Origin: an uncultured Actinomycetes bacterium
GTDB lineage: Bacteria; Actinomycetota; Thermoleophilia; Gaiellales; Gaiellaceae
DNA: 64,000 nucleotides
Direction of reading: 5' to 3'
Assembly: GCA_963848725.1 (NCBI GenBank)
Contig: CAWKEV010000010.1
Span: 550-64,549, forward strand
The notes under the pieces were generated by a model, which saw only the letters and a program-made list of their open reading frames with translations, ran no database searches and had not been told where the DNA came from. The position numbers and the translations under genes are program-made. Below are positions 48,023-57,886 of the stretch, one piece after another. The stretch's first letter is position 1; each line of letters starts with the position of its first letter.

Positions 48023-49516
48023 TCAGTCGCGGAGCGGAAGCGCGCGGACGATGCCGACGGTCTCGGACGACCTCGACTCGGCCTTCACGTCGGAGAGGAT
48101 TGCCGCGAGCTCCGCTCGGTCGAGCGTCTCCCGCTCGAGAAGCGCCTCGGCGACGCGGTCGAGCGCGGCGTGGTGCTTCGATAGAAGTCGCTTCGCCTCC
48201 TCGTACGCGCCGTCCGTCAGCCGCGCCTGCTCGGTGTCGCGCAGTCGCTTCGTCTCCTCCGAGAGTGCGTAGTTGTCGGCTCGCATCGTCCGCGCCGGAG
48301 CGATCTCCGACATGCCGTATTCGAACACCATCGCGCGCGCGAGCTCGGTCACCCGCTCGAGGTCGTCGGCGGCACCGTTCGTGATCCGCCCGAAGACGAC
48401 CTCCTCCGCCGCCCGCCCGCCCAGGAACACGGACATCAGGTCGACGAACTCCTCACGGGTGTGCAGGTAGCGGTCCTCGGCCGGCATGTTCAGCGTGTAC
48501 CCGAGCGCATCCCCGCGAGAGACGATCGTCGCCTTCTGCGCCGGGAAGAGGTCGCCCACGAGATGCGACATGACCGCGTGGCCCGCCTCGTGGTAGGCGA
48601 GGATCCGCTTCTCCTTCTCGGACACGACGCGACGCTGCTGAAGACCCGCGACGATCCGCTCGAGCGCCGCGTCGAAGTCGGACTGGCGCACGTACTGCGC
48701 CCCCGCGCGCCCGGCCAGGATCGCGGCCTCGTTGCACAGATTCGCCAGGTCCGCTCCCGTCAGCCCCGCCGTCTGCTTCGCGACGCGGCCGAGATCGACG
48801 TCCGAGGCGAGCGGCTTGGAGTGGGTGTGCACGCCGAGGATCGCCTCGCGACCGGCGACGTCGGGCGCCGCGACGAGCACCTGCCGGTCGAAGCGACCGG
48901 GGCGCAGGAGCGCCGGATCGAGGTCCTGAAGTCGGTTGGATGCAGCCATGACGACGACCTCGTCGCGAGCGCCGAATCCGTCGAGCTCGACGAGGAGCTG
49001 ATTCAGCGTCTGGTCGTGCTCGCGGTGCAAGCCGCCGCCGATGCGCGTCGTGCCGACCGCGTCGAGCTCGTCGATGAACACGATCGAGGGCGAGTTCTTG
49101 CGTGCCTCCTCGAAGAGCTTGCGAATCCGTGCGGCCCCGAGCCCGGCGAACATCTCCACGAACGACGCCGCGCTCGCCGAGTAGAAGTTCGCGCCGGACG
49201 CGCTTGCGACCGCCTTCGCCAGCAGCGTCTTCCCGGTTCCGGGAGGCCCGTGCAAGAGGATCCCCCGCGGGACGCGCGCCCCCAGCTTCTCGAAGCGGCG
49301 GCGGTTACGAAGGAAGTCGACCACCTCCGCCAGCTCCTCCTTCGCCTCGTCCAGCCCGGCTACGTCGTCCCAGGACACGGCCACCTGGGAGCCCTTGACG
49401 ACCGGGGCCGGCTTCGCCTGCGGCATGAAGCGCAGCGTGTACAGCAGGAGCACGATCACGATCCCGAAGAACAAGATCGGGAGCCACGTGATCAGGGTGT
49501 TCTGGAGGTCGTTCAC
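48023..49516 (-). CDS. FtsH-like AAA+ zinc metalloprotease paralogue (single TM, no periplasmic domain)
   Basis: Walker A GPPGTGKT, Walker [12 protein letters not shown] region, and the HEAGHAV zinc site. Only one N-terminal helix ([18 protein letters not shown]). 497 aa. Confidence 0.88.
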   Translation of the reverse strand: MNDLQNTLITWLPILFFGIVIVLLLYTLRFMPQAKPAPVVKGSQVAVSWDDVAGLDEAKEELAEVVDFLRNRRRFEKLGARVPRGILLHGPPGTGKTLLAKAVASASGANFYSASAASFVEMFAGLGAARIRKLFEEARKNSPSIVFIDELDAVGTTRIGGGLHREHDQTLNQLLVELDGFGARDEVVVMAASNRLQDLDPALLRPGRFDRQVLVAAPDVAGREAILGVHTHSKPLASDVDLGRVAKQTAGLTGADLANLCNEAAILAGRAGAQYVRQSDFDAALERIVAGLQQRRVVSEKEKRILAYHEAGHAVMSHLVGDLFPAQKATIVSRGDALGYTLNMPAEDRYLHTREEFVDLMSVFLGGRAAEEVVFGRITNGAADDLERVTELARAMVFEYGMSEIAPARTMRADNYALSEETKRLRDTEQARLTDGAYEEAKRLLSKHHAALDRVAEALLERETLDRAELAAILSDVKAESRSSETVGIVRALPLRD

Positions 49517-49599
49517 CGGCTCGAATCGTTATCGGCACGCCGTTCGGGCGCCTCAAGGCGGGTGAGGCCGTCGCCTGCGGAGGGCGCTAGCGTAGAGCT

Positions 49600-50646
49600 G
49601 TGCCGAGCGAGCTCCCGCTCCCACCGCACGCCGACGCCGCCGCCGTCGCCGCCGTCTGGAGAGTCCCCTACGAGAGGCGCTTCCACGAGGCTCTCGGATG
49701 GGCCGAGGAGCACCGGATCCGCCCCGCTGCGGGCGACGCGATGCGCGTGTGCCTGCTCTGCGTCGACCTCCAGAACACGTTCTGCACTCCCGGCTTCGAG
49801 CTCTTCGTCGCCGGGCGTTCCGGAATCGGCGCGCTGGACGACAGCGCGCGTCTGTGCGAGTTCCTGTACCGGAGTCTCGGCACGATCACGGAGGTCGTCG
49901 TCACCCTCGACACGCACCAGGCATTCCAGATCTTCCACGCGCCGTTCCTCGTCGACGCGGAAGGGCATCACCCCGATCCGTTCACCCTCGTCACACCCGA
50001 GGACGTCGCATCCCGCCGCTGGCGGGTCGATCCCGACGCGGCCGAGCTCGTCGGCTTCGGCCAGGGTCGTGCGGACGCACACCTCGGCTCGTACGTCTCG
50101 ACGCTCGCCGCGACCGGCAAGTACGACCTCACGGTCTGGCCGTTCCACGCGCTCCTCGGGGGGATCGGACACGCGCTCGTGAGCGCCGTCGAGGAGGCGA
50201 TCTTCTTTCACGCGATCGCACGGCGCGCACAGACGCGGTTCCAGCTCAAGGGGCGAAGCCCGCTCACCGAGCACTACTCCGCCCTCGGCCCGGAGGTGCT
50301 CCGCGGCGCGCAGGACGAGGTGCTCGGACGGCGGAACGAGGCCCTCGTCGCCCACCTCCTCGGCTTCGACGCCGTGCTCGTCGCCGGGCAGGCGAAGAGC
50401 CACTGCGTCGCGTGGACGATCGACGACCTGCTCTCCGATCCCGCCGCACGCGAGCTCGAGGCGGCGAAGCGCCTCTATCTGCTCGAGGACTGCATGTCGT
50501 CGGTCGTCGTTCCGGAGGTCGTGGACTACACCGACGAGGCCGACACCGCGTTCGTCCGGTTCGCAGCCGCGGGAGCGCATGTCGTCCGTTCGACCGAGCC
50601 GATGGCGGCGTGGCCCGGCCCGATCGGAGCCGCGCTCGCTAGGTGA
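49600..50646 (+). CDS. Isochorismatase-family cysteine hydrolase, long nicotinamidase-like form
   Basis: LLCVDLQNTFC (Asp region) and VAGQAKSHCVAWT (catalytic Cys region). 348 aa. Neighbours the NAPRT gene. Confidence 0.7.
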   Translation: MPSELPLPPHADAAAVAAVWRVPYERRFHEALGWAEEHRIRPAAGDAMRVCLLCVDLQNTFCTPGFELFVAGRSGIGALDDSARLCEFLYRSLGTITEVVVTLDTHQAFQIFHAPFLVDAEGHHPDPFTLVTPEDVASRRWRVDPDAAELVGFGQGRADAHLGSYVSTLAATGKYDLTVWPFHALLGGIGHALVSAVEEAIFFHAIARRAQTRFQLKGRSPLTEHYSALGPEVLRGAQDEVLGRRNEALVAHLLGFDAVLVAGQAKSHCVAWTIDDLLSDPAARELEAAKRLYLLEDCMSSVVVPEVVDYTDEADTAFVRFAAAGAHVVRSTEPMAAWPGPIGAALAR

Positions 50647-51709
50647 CGCGCTCGAGCCGGGCGCTCGGGCGCAACCTGCGGCCGACCTTCCCGACGGGCC
50701 GGCCGTCGAGCAGGACGACGTCCGCTGTGAAGTCGTTCGCGCCGCGGATAAGCGACGAGCCGACGCCGTAGACGTCGGCGGGAACGCCTCGCTCCTCGAA
50801 GGCGCGGATCTTGTCGACGCCGAACCCGCCGGAGACGACGATGCGCACGTCTCCGAACCCCTCCCCGTCGAGCGCGTCTCGCACCTTGCGTACGAGGCGC
50901 TCGTTGACGCCACGCGGGTCGAAGTCTCCGAGCTCGTCGAGGAGCGAGCGGTCGACGAGATCGGCCGACGTGTCGAGCCGCACGCCCCAGAGCCTCGGTC
51001 CCAACGCTCGAGCCACCTCGAGCGCCGTCCGCACGGAGTCGTTCTCGAAGTCGACGAGGACGACGACGTGCATGTCGTCCGGAGCCCACTCCGCGAACTT
51101 CGCGGCGGCGAGGACCGTGTCGCCGTCGTACGCGGCGATGAGCGCATGCGGGACGGTTCCGATCCCGCGACCGCCCCACCACGACGCCTGCGCATCGGTC
51201 GAGACACCGATCGCGCCCGCGACATGGGCCGCGTAGCCGTCCCCCGTCTGGACGCGGTGGTGGTCGTGCCGCGCCGGGAAGTAGAGGATCTCCTTACCCC
51301 TTGCCGCTTCGACCACGCGCCGAACGTTCGTGGAGACCAGCGTCCGCCGCGCGAGCACGCCGAGGTAGACGGTCTCGAGGTGCGCGAACAGGGTGTAGTC
51401 CCCTTCGATCGTGAGCACGGTCTCCCAGGGCTCGATCGAGTCGCCCTCGTACAGCGCCGACACCTCGAGCTCGTCCCAGCCGTGCGAGCAGAGCTCGAGA
51501 ATCGCGACGGCTTCGTCGATCCCACCGAGGAGCGCGTGCTCCTTCTGGAAGACCTGCATCAGGACGTGGGGGTGCCGGCCGTCGGCGAGGAGCGCCGAGC
51601 GCGCGTGGTTGAAGTACGCGTCGGTGTAGTAGCCGTCGCGCATCTTCTCGACCGGAAGGCCGAAGATCTCGGGTGCGAGCCGACGCGTCCCGGCCCGCGT
51701 GAGCGTCAT
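50639..51709 (-). CDS. pncB: Nicotinate phosphoribosyltransferase (short archaeal/actinobacterial type)
   Basis: DGYYTDAYFNHARSAL...GIGTVPHALIAAY...VRLDTS...IVVSGGF. The ATG at 51709 overlaps the upstream stop (ATGA). Confidence 0.82.
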   Translation of the reverse strand: MTLTRAGTRRLAPEIFGLPVEKMRDGYYTDAYFNHARSALLADGRHPHVLMQVFQKEHALLGGIDEAVAILELCSHGWDELEVSALYEGDSIEPWETVLTIEGDYTLFAHLETVYLGVLARRTLVSTNVRRVVEAARGKEILYFPARHDHHRVQTGDGYAAHVAGAIGVSTDAQASWWGGRGIGTVPHALIAAYDGDTVLAAAKFAEWAPDDMHVVVLVDFENDSVRTALEVARALGPRLWGVRLDTSADLVDRSLLDELGDFDPRGVNERLVRKVRDALDGEGFGDVRIVVSGGFGVDKIRAFEERGVPADVYGVGSSLIRGANDFTADVVLLDGRPVGKVGRRLRPSARLERVT

Positions 51710-52485
51710 CTCTCGAGGGCGAGGCAGGCGTCTCGGGCCGCGTTCGCGACCTCGAGCTGCTCGGGCGACGGCTCCGCGGTCGAGAATCGCCGCTGTACTT
51801 CGAATCCCGGCCACTCGAGTGCCTTGGCGACGGGGTGATCGGGGTGCCCGGCGGTCCATGCGAACACCTCCACGGACGCTCCGATCGCAACCGTCGTCCC
51901 CACGAGCCGCGCCACCCCGCGCGCGGGGCGTGGGACACGCGCGACCAGCGCATTCGCCGCGAGGGAGGCTCCGACGAGGGGCGCGATCAACTGGGTTCCG
52001 CAGCGAGGGTGCTCCTTCGGCGCGGGCGCGTCGTTCTCGTACGTCCCGATCGAGATGTGCTCCGCGCCGTGGTAGGCAGCCAGATTCGGCCCGCGGACGG
52101 CGAGCATGGCGGGAAGCAGCGCCGCGGCCGCGGCCGTCAGCTCGGTCAAGCCCGGCGAGAGCAGGCGGGAGCGGCGGATGGTCCGGACGGCCACCGAGGA
52201 AGCCAAGATCGCCCCGAGGACCGCGGGGCGCTCGAACGGGAACCGGACCTGCGGCAGCGCACGGCGGACCGTCGGCAAGAGCGCGAACGCCTCCGCGAGG
52301 CGTATCGGCCCGCGCAGCACGGGCATCCGCACTTGCGCGACGGGAGCCAACGTCGGCTTGCGGCCGGAGGCGACGCGGACGACGCCCTCGTTGTCCCGTA
52401 CCGCGCAACCCCAGGACGTCGGGCCGTGCACGAGAACCCCGTTCTGGAGGGCCATCCCCCCGAGCCGGACCTTCTGGTCGTCCAT
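51706..52485 (-). CDS. DUF1385-family membrane protein
   Basis: LGGMALQNGVLVHGPTSW...YHGAEHISI...HPRCGT are conserved DUF1385 elements. The start is ATG 52485. Confidence 0.75.
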   Translation of the reverse strand: MDDQKVRLGGMALQNGVLVHGPTSWGCAVRDNEGVVRVASGRKPTLAPVAQVRMPVLRGPIRLAEAFALLPTVRRALPQVRFPFERPAVLGAILASSVAVRTIRRSRLLSPGLTELTAAAAALLPAMLAVRGPNLAAYHGAEHISIGTYENDAPAPKEHPRCGTQLIAPLVGASLAANALVARVPRPARGVARLVGTTVAIGASVEVFAWTAGHPDHPVAKALEWPGFEVQRRFSTAEPSPEQLEVANAARDACLALER

Positions 52486-52519
52486 GGTCAGAGCGTACCG
52501 GCGGGCTTCGGATGTGCCA

Positions 52520-53363
52520 CTAGCCGGGGGACTCCGTCGCGAGCGCTCGAAGCGCCTGCTGGAGCCGGTCCGAGGCAGGGCCGCGCGCAAGCCCGATGCC
52601 GTCGAGCTCGGCGATCGGCATCACCTCGCGAACCGAGGACGTCGTGAACGCCTCGTCCGCGGCAAGGACCTCGTCGAGCGCGTAGCTGCCCTCTGCGACC
52701 CGGAAGCCGCACCCGGGAGCGAGCTCGAGAACGGTCGCGCGGGTCACGCCTGCGAGGATCCCGAGGTCGAGCGAAGGGGTGAGGAGTACCTCTCCCCGAC
52801 GCCACCAGACGTTCGTCACAGGCGCCCTCGAGCACGATCCGGTCGTCGTCGACGAAGATCGCGTCGTCCGCGCCCCGTCTCCTCGCCTCGGCCTCCGCCG
52901 CCATGTTCACGGCGTAGCTCGTCGACTTGATCCCCGGTAGGAGCCACGGCGCCGATGCCCGGACGCCGAGGAGCGAGACGACCCGAGCGCCTTGCACCCG
53001 CACCTCCTCGATCCAGTCTGGAATCTCGCTCAGGAGCGCGAGCGCCTGCGCCCCCTCTCCCACTGGCCCGGCGGTCCAGACGAGCCGCAGAACGGCGTCG
53101 GCGAGCTCCGCGCCGTGCGCGTCGAGAACGAGCGCGACGAGCGCCTCCAGCTCGCGGATGGTGACCGAGGGAAGGCCGATCCCGGCAGCGGAGCTCTCGA
53201 GACGTTCGAGGTGCTCGGCGAGACGGAAGGGCACGCCGCCGTACACCCGGAGCGTCTCGAATGCCGCCTGCCCGCGCAGGAGCGCCTCGTCGTCGGCGCG
53301 CACGACCGGCTCCGCCGGATCGCAGAGGCCGCGGCCGGTCACCGCGAGCGCGAGGAGCGTCAC
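52520..53363 (-). pseudogene. pabC: Class IV aminotransferase-fold protein (aminodeoxychorismate lyase PabC-like), frame broken near 52817-52826
   Basis: N-part ...LRGQAAFETLRVYGG...LPGIKSTSYAVNMAAEAEARRRGADDAIFVDDDRIVLEG is in one frame. The continuation VTNVWWRRGEVLLTPSLDLGILAGVTRATVLELA...EAFTTSSVREVMPI is in another (ORF 52520..52819). GTGA overlap with pabB. Confidence 0.78.
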
Positions 53364-54454
53364 GCGTGCTCCCGCCTCGCGCACGGGACGCCCGAGCCGA
53401 TCGCCTCGAGGAGTGGGCGTGCCTTCGTCCACGACTCCTCGACCTCGGTCGCAGCATCCGAGTCCCACACCACGCCTCCGCCGACCCAGAGGTGGATGCG
53501 CTCACCGTCGAGCGCGAACGTGCGGATGGTCAGCGCCAGCTCGAAGTCGCCGTTGCCACGAACGCGACCGAGCGCGCCCATCGAGGCTCCGCGACCCACC
53601 GGCTCCAGCTCGGCGATCAGGCCCACAGCAGCGATCTTCGGCGCTCCCGTCACCGATCCGCCGGGAAACGTCGCCTCGAGGATCTCCGCCAGACCGACAC
53701 CTCCGCGCAGCGTGCCTTCGACGGTCGAGACCATGTGCTCGACACCTGCGAGCCGCCCGGTCGCCATCAGCTCGGGCCAGCGGACGCTTCCCGCCTCGCA
53801 CACCCGCGAGAGGTCGTTCCGCTCGAGATCGACGATCATCACGTGCTCGGCGGCGTCCTTCTCGGACGACGCGAGCTCGTGCTCGTGTCCCGGTGGCCGC
53901 GTCCCCTTGATCGGCTTCGTCCAGATCCTGCTCCCGCGTCGGGCGAGGAAGAGCTCCGGGGACGCCGAGACGACCGCCCAGCCGTCGCCTTCGAACGGCT
54001 CCGGACGAAGCGGATCGAGCGGTCGCAGAGCGGCAGCCAGCCCTGGGGCGGTCCCGGCGAACGGCGCCGACAGATGCTGGACGAGATTGACCTGATACAC
54101 GTCGCCGGCCGCGATCGCCTCTCGCACCCGCTCGACGGCGTTCTCGTACTCGGCGCTCGTCCAGGTGGGTTCCCACCGTCCGAGGCGCGGACCTGGGCCG
54201 ACTTCGCCCGCGACCTCGCGGGTGCGATCGCGGATCACGCACGCAGCCAGCGGAAGGACGCACGGCTCCGGAGGCGACGGGGTGCCTCGGCGCCGGATCG
54301 TCTGCGAGAGCCCGAATCCGAGGTAGAGGTCGGCCTCGAGCGTCTCACCGCCGGGCACGAAGAACCCGGCGCTCCGCAGGAACTCCTCGATCGCGAGGAA
54401 CGCGTCCTCGGCGCGACGGAGCTCGAGCCGGGAGCCGGCACTCCTGTCGGGCAT
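53360..54454 (-). CDS. pabB: Aminodeoxychorismate synthase component I (chorismate-binding enzyme, short form)
   Basis: GDVYQVNLVQ..., SASPELFL, KPIKGTRPPG, MIVDLERNDLSRV, and PGGSVTGAPK...E...RG.Y.G-type motifs. Confidence 0.85.
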   Translation of the reverse strand: MPDRSAGSRLELRRAEDAFLAIEEFLRSAGFFVPGGETLEADLYLGFGLSQTIRRRGTPSPPEPCVLPLAACVIRDRTREVAGEVGPGPRLGRWEPTWTSAEYENAVERVREAIAAGDVYQVNLVQHLSAPFAGTAPGLAAALRPLDPLRPEPFEGDGWAVVSASPELFLARRGSRIWTKPIKGTRPPGHEHELASSEKDAAEHVMIVDLERNDLSRVCEAGSVRWPELMATGRLAGVEHMVSTVEGTLRGGVGLAEILEATFPGGSVTGAPKIAAVGLIAELEPVGRGASMGALGRVRGNGDFELALTIRTFALDGERIHLWVGGGVVWDSDAATEVEESWTKARPLLEAIGSGVPCARREHA

Positions 54455-54468
54455 CTCCTCGCGCGGTC

Positions 54469-55161
54469 TCAGCCGCTCACCGGCTCGGCGACGAGCGCGC
54501 TCAGCCGCTCGTACTGCGCCCCCGGATCGTCGTGCCAGAAGACGGCGCTGCCGGCGACGACGAGGTCCGCGCCCGCCTTCCGGACGCTCTCGATCGTCTC
54601 CTCGTTGACGCCGCCGTCGACCTGGACGCGTACCCCGTCCGGTAGCAGCGAGCGGAGTCGCTCGATGCGGCCCAGGGCCTCGGGCATCAGCTTCTGACCC
54701 GAGTACCCCGGGTGGATCGACATGCAGTTGACGAGATCCGCCTCCCGCGCCGCGTCGGCGGCCTTCTCCACCGCGGTCTCCGGGTTGAAGGCGATGCCGA
54801 CGCCGAGCCCGAGCGCCCGCGCGTCCGCGATCGCGGAGGCAGGATCGTCGACGACCTCGATGTGGAAGGTCACGCTGTCCGCTCCTGCGTGCGCGAAGGA
54901 CTCGAGGTGGCGGCGCGGCTCGCTCACCATCAAGTGGCAGTCGAGCATGCAGTCCCATCCGCGGGCGAACGGGGAGATCGCCTCGAGCACGACCGGACCG
55001 ATCGTGATCTCGGGGACGAAGTGCCCGTCGCCGGTGTCGAAGTGGAAGACCCGCACCCCGGCTGTGACGAGCTCCGCGAGCTGTTCGCGGAGGCGGGAGA
55101 AGTCGGCCGCGTAGATCGACGGCTCGACCTCGACCTCGCGCGCACGCTCACCCCACGCCAT
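54469..55161 (-). CDS. rpe: Ribulose-phosphate 3-epimerase
   Basis: VEPSIYAADFSRL...FHFDTGDGHFVPEITIG...DCHLMV...MSIHPGYSGQK...VDGGV. Confidence 0.93.
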   Translation of the reverse strand: MAWGERAREVEVEPSIYAADFSRLREQLAELVTAGVRVFHFDTGDGHFVPEITIGPVVLEAISPFARGWDCMLDCHLMVSEPRRHLESFAHAGADSVTFHIEVVDDPASAIADARALGLGVGIAFNPETAVEKAADAAREADLVNCMSIHPGYSGQKLMPEALGRIERLRSLLPDGVRVQVDGGVNEETIESVRKAGADLVVAGSAVFWHDDPGAQYERLSALVAEPVSG

Positions 55162-55211
55162 CGCGCGCACCGTACTGGACCGGCGCAGCGGAACGCAGCG
55201 CCGCGACCTCG

Positions 55212-56597
55212 CTAGGTCGCGCGGGGGGTGCGCCAGCCGCCGTGTCGACGCGTGAGCACCTCGGCCGCCTTCGGCCCCCACGACCCCTTCTCGTACGGCT
55301 CGACCGGCGGCGCCTGGTCGAGGAGCGGCTGCACGATCCGCCAGGTCTCCTCGACGACGTCCCAGCGCGGGAAGAGCGCGCCGTCACCGCGAAGCGCATC
55401 CGTGAGCAGGCGCTCGTAGGGCCCCGGCGTCGTGCCGAGCTCGTCGACGAACGACAGGTCGAGCGACACGGGCCGCGACGAGTCCTTGCCCGGCGTCTTC
55501 GCGCGGATCCCGATCGTGACGCCTGCGTCGCGGCCGATCCGAAAGACGACGTCGTCAGGTCCGGGGCACGAGAGACGGTGCGACCCGAACCTGAGCTCCG
55601 GCACCTTCCGCAGCCGGACGACGATCTCCGTCGCGCTCACGGGCAGCGCCTTGCCGGCGCGGACGAGGATCGGGACGCCCGACCAGCGCCAGTTCTCGAT
55701 CTCGAACCGGAGCGCGACGAACGTCTCCGTGTCCGAGCCGGGCGCCACGCCGTCGATGCTGTGGTAGCCCTCGTACTGACCCCGCACAGCATGCGTCGGA
55801 TCGACCGACGGCATCGCCCGGAAGACGTCGAGCCGATGGCGCGACACGGCGTCGTCGTCGCCCGCGGGCGGCTCCATGGTGACGAGCGCGAGCACCTGCA
55901 GCAGGTGGTTCTGGACGACGTCGCGAAGCGCTCCGACACGGTCGTAGAACGCACCCCGGTCCTCGACGCCGAAGTCCTCCGCCATCGTGATCTGGATCGA
56001 CTCGACGTGCTCGCGGCTCCACACCGGCTCGAAGAGCGCGTTCGCGAAGCGGAGGTACATGATGTCCTGCACCGGCTCCTTGCCGAGGAAGTGGTCGATG
56101 CGGTAGAGCCGCTCCTCGGGAACGAGCGCCGTCAGTCGGTCGTTGAGCTCGCGCGCAGACTGGAGATCGGTTCCGAACGGCTTCTCGACCACGAGGCGCG
56201 CGTTCGCGAGCAGGCCGGCCTCCGCGAGCTCCTCGGCGACCTCGAGGAACTTGACCGGGGGGATCGCGAGATAGAAGACCGGAGCCGAGGCGCCCGCGAG
56301 GGCCTTCCGGATGCCGCCGTAGACGTCGTCCTCGGCCCCCTCGCCGCCCACGTACGTCAAACGCGAGAGGAACGTGTCGAGCGTCTCGCGATCGACGCTC
56401 GCACCCTTCGCGGCCGTGATCGCGTCGCGCGCGTGGTCGCGGATCCCGTCCTCGGTCAGCGGCCGGCGGCCGACACCGACGACCGGACAGGTGAGGATCC
56501 TCTGCTTCGTGAGGTCGTAGAGCGCGGGCAGCGTCTTCGTCCGCGCGAGGTCGCCGGTGATACCGAAGACGACGAGTGCGTCCGCCGTCTCGCTCAT
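55212..56597 (-). CDS. zwf: Glucose-6-phosphate 1-dehydrogenase
   Basis: VVFGITGDLARTKTLPALY, EKPFG, RIDHFLGKE and DVVQNHLLQVLAL signature motifs. Confidence 0.95.
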   Translation of the reverse strand: MSETADALVVFGITGDLARTKTLPALYDLTKQRILTCPVVGVGRRPLTEDGIRDHARDAITAAKGASVDRETLDTFLSRLTYVGGEGAEDDVYGGIRKALAGASAPVFYLAIPPVKFLEVAEELAEAGLLANARLVVEKPFGTDLQSARELNDRLTALVPEERLYRIDHFLGKEPVQDIMYLRFANALFEPVWSREHVESIQITMAEDFGVEDRGAFYDRVGALRDVVQNHLLQVLALVTMEPPAGDDDAVSRHRLDVFRAMPSVDPTHAVRGQYEGYHSIDGVAPGSDTETFVALRFEIENWRWSGVPILVRAGKALPVSATEIVVRLRKVPELRFGSHRLSCPGPDDVVFRIGRDAGVTIGIRAKTPGKDSSRPVSLDLSFVDELGTTPGPYERLLTDALRGDGALFPRWDVVEETWRIVQPLLDQAPPVEPYEKGSWGPKAAEVLTRRHGGWRTPRAT

Positions 56598-57886
56598 GCG
56601 TGACCGAGAAGCGACCGCGCGACGGACCGGAGCATCTCGACGCCGAGCTCGAGATCGTCGACCGCGATGCGCTCGTTCGCCGAGTGGACGAGCCTGGTGG
56701 CGAGCTCGGTCTCCATCGCCCTCAGCGGAAAGTACCCGTACGCGACCGTGCCGAACGCCTCGCGCAGGAAGTGGCTGTCGGTGAAGCCGGGATTGACGAG
56801 CGGTGCGAGACGCGCGCCGGGCTCGATGGCCGCAGTGAACTCCTCGAGCGCGTCCCAGAGTGGCGAGTCGATCGGCGAGCGAGTCCCGCCCACCGCCTCG
56901 AGCCACTCGAGCTCGTAGCTGCCGTCGCCGAGCGCCGCCCGGATCAACGGTTCCACGTCCTCGGGTGTCTGCTGCGGCAGGAGCCGGCAGTCCACCGTCA
57001 CCTCGCACACGGCCGGGATGACGTTCGTCTGATGCGACGCGTCGATCATCGTGGGCGAGAGCGTGAGCGAGAGGATCGGCTCCACGAGCCCGCCGAGCAC
57101 CGGATCGAGCTCGCGTACGCGTTCGAGCGCGACGCCGACCGCAGGCGCCTCTCCGAGCACCGCCTCGAGGAACTTACTCGCCTCCGGGATCAGGTCACGC
57201 GGGGGCTCGAATGCGTCGAGCGCCCCGACGTAGCGCGCGGCCTTGACGAGCGCGTTGTCCGCGATCCCGGGCATCGACGCATGGCCGCTCCGCCCGTGGA
57301 CGCGGAGCACGAACGGCGCGGACATCTTCTCGGCCGTCCCGCACAGATAGACGGGCGCGCCGTCGACGACGAGTCGATCGCCGCCGCCCTCGTTGACCGC
57401 GTAGTCGCAGCGGACCGCCTCGGGGTGCGCCTCGACGAGCCAGCTCAGCCCGAAGTCGGCTCCGACCTCCTCGTCGGCGACGGAAACGAAGACGAGGTCG
57501 CCCGAGGGTGCGAACCCCTCGCGAGCGAGCGAGGCGAACGCGACCGCCGACGCCGCGACCTGGCCCTTCATGTCGAGCGCTCCGCGGCCCCAGACCTCGT
57601 CGTCGACGAGGTCGCCCGACCACGGGTCGCGCGCCCACTCTCCGGGGTCCGCGAGCACCGTGTCCGTGTGCGAGAGGAAGGCGAGCGTGGGGCCGTCGCC
57701 GCCCACCAGGCGCGCGACGACGTTGGCGCGCTCCGGCTCACGCGCGATCAGCTCGCACTCGATCCCGCTCCGCGCGAAGTAGTCGCGGAGCGCCGCTGCC
57801 GCCCGGGTCTCGTTGCCCGGCGGGTTGACCGTGTCGAGGCGGAGCAGCTCCTGCAGGAGCGCCGTCACCTCGTCGCGATACGCCAC
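56594..57886 (-). CDS. M20-family metallopeptidase/amidohydrolase (dimerisation-domain type)
   Basis: LSHTDTV...WGRGALDMKG...ADEEVG...HGRSGHAS metal-ligand pattern. The GTG at 57886 shares one base with the kynA stop. Its own stop overlaps the zwf ATG. Confidence 0.85.
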   Translation of the reverse strand: MAYRDEVTALLQELLRLDTVNPPGNETRAAAALRDYFARSGIECELIAREPERANVVARLVGGDGPTLAFLSHTDTVLADPGEWARDPWSGDLVDDEVWGRGALDMKGQVAASAVAFASLAREGFAPSGDLVFVSVADEEVGADFGLSWLVEAHPEAVRCDYAVNEGGGDRLVVDGAPVYLCGTAEKMSAPFVLRVHGRSGHASMPGIADNALVKAARYVGALDAFEPPRDLIPEASKFLEAVLGEAPAVGVALERVRELDPVLGGLVEPILSLTLSPTMIDASHQTNVIPAVCEVTVDCRLLPQQTPEDVEPLIRAALGDGSYELEWLEAVGGTRSPIDSPLWDALEEFTAAIEPGARLAPLVNPGFTDSHFLREAFGTVAYGYFPLRAMETELATRLVHSANERIAVDDLELGVEMLRSVARSLLGHA

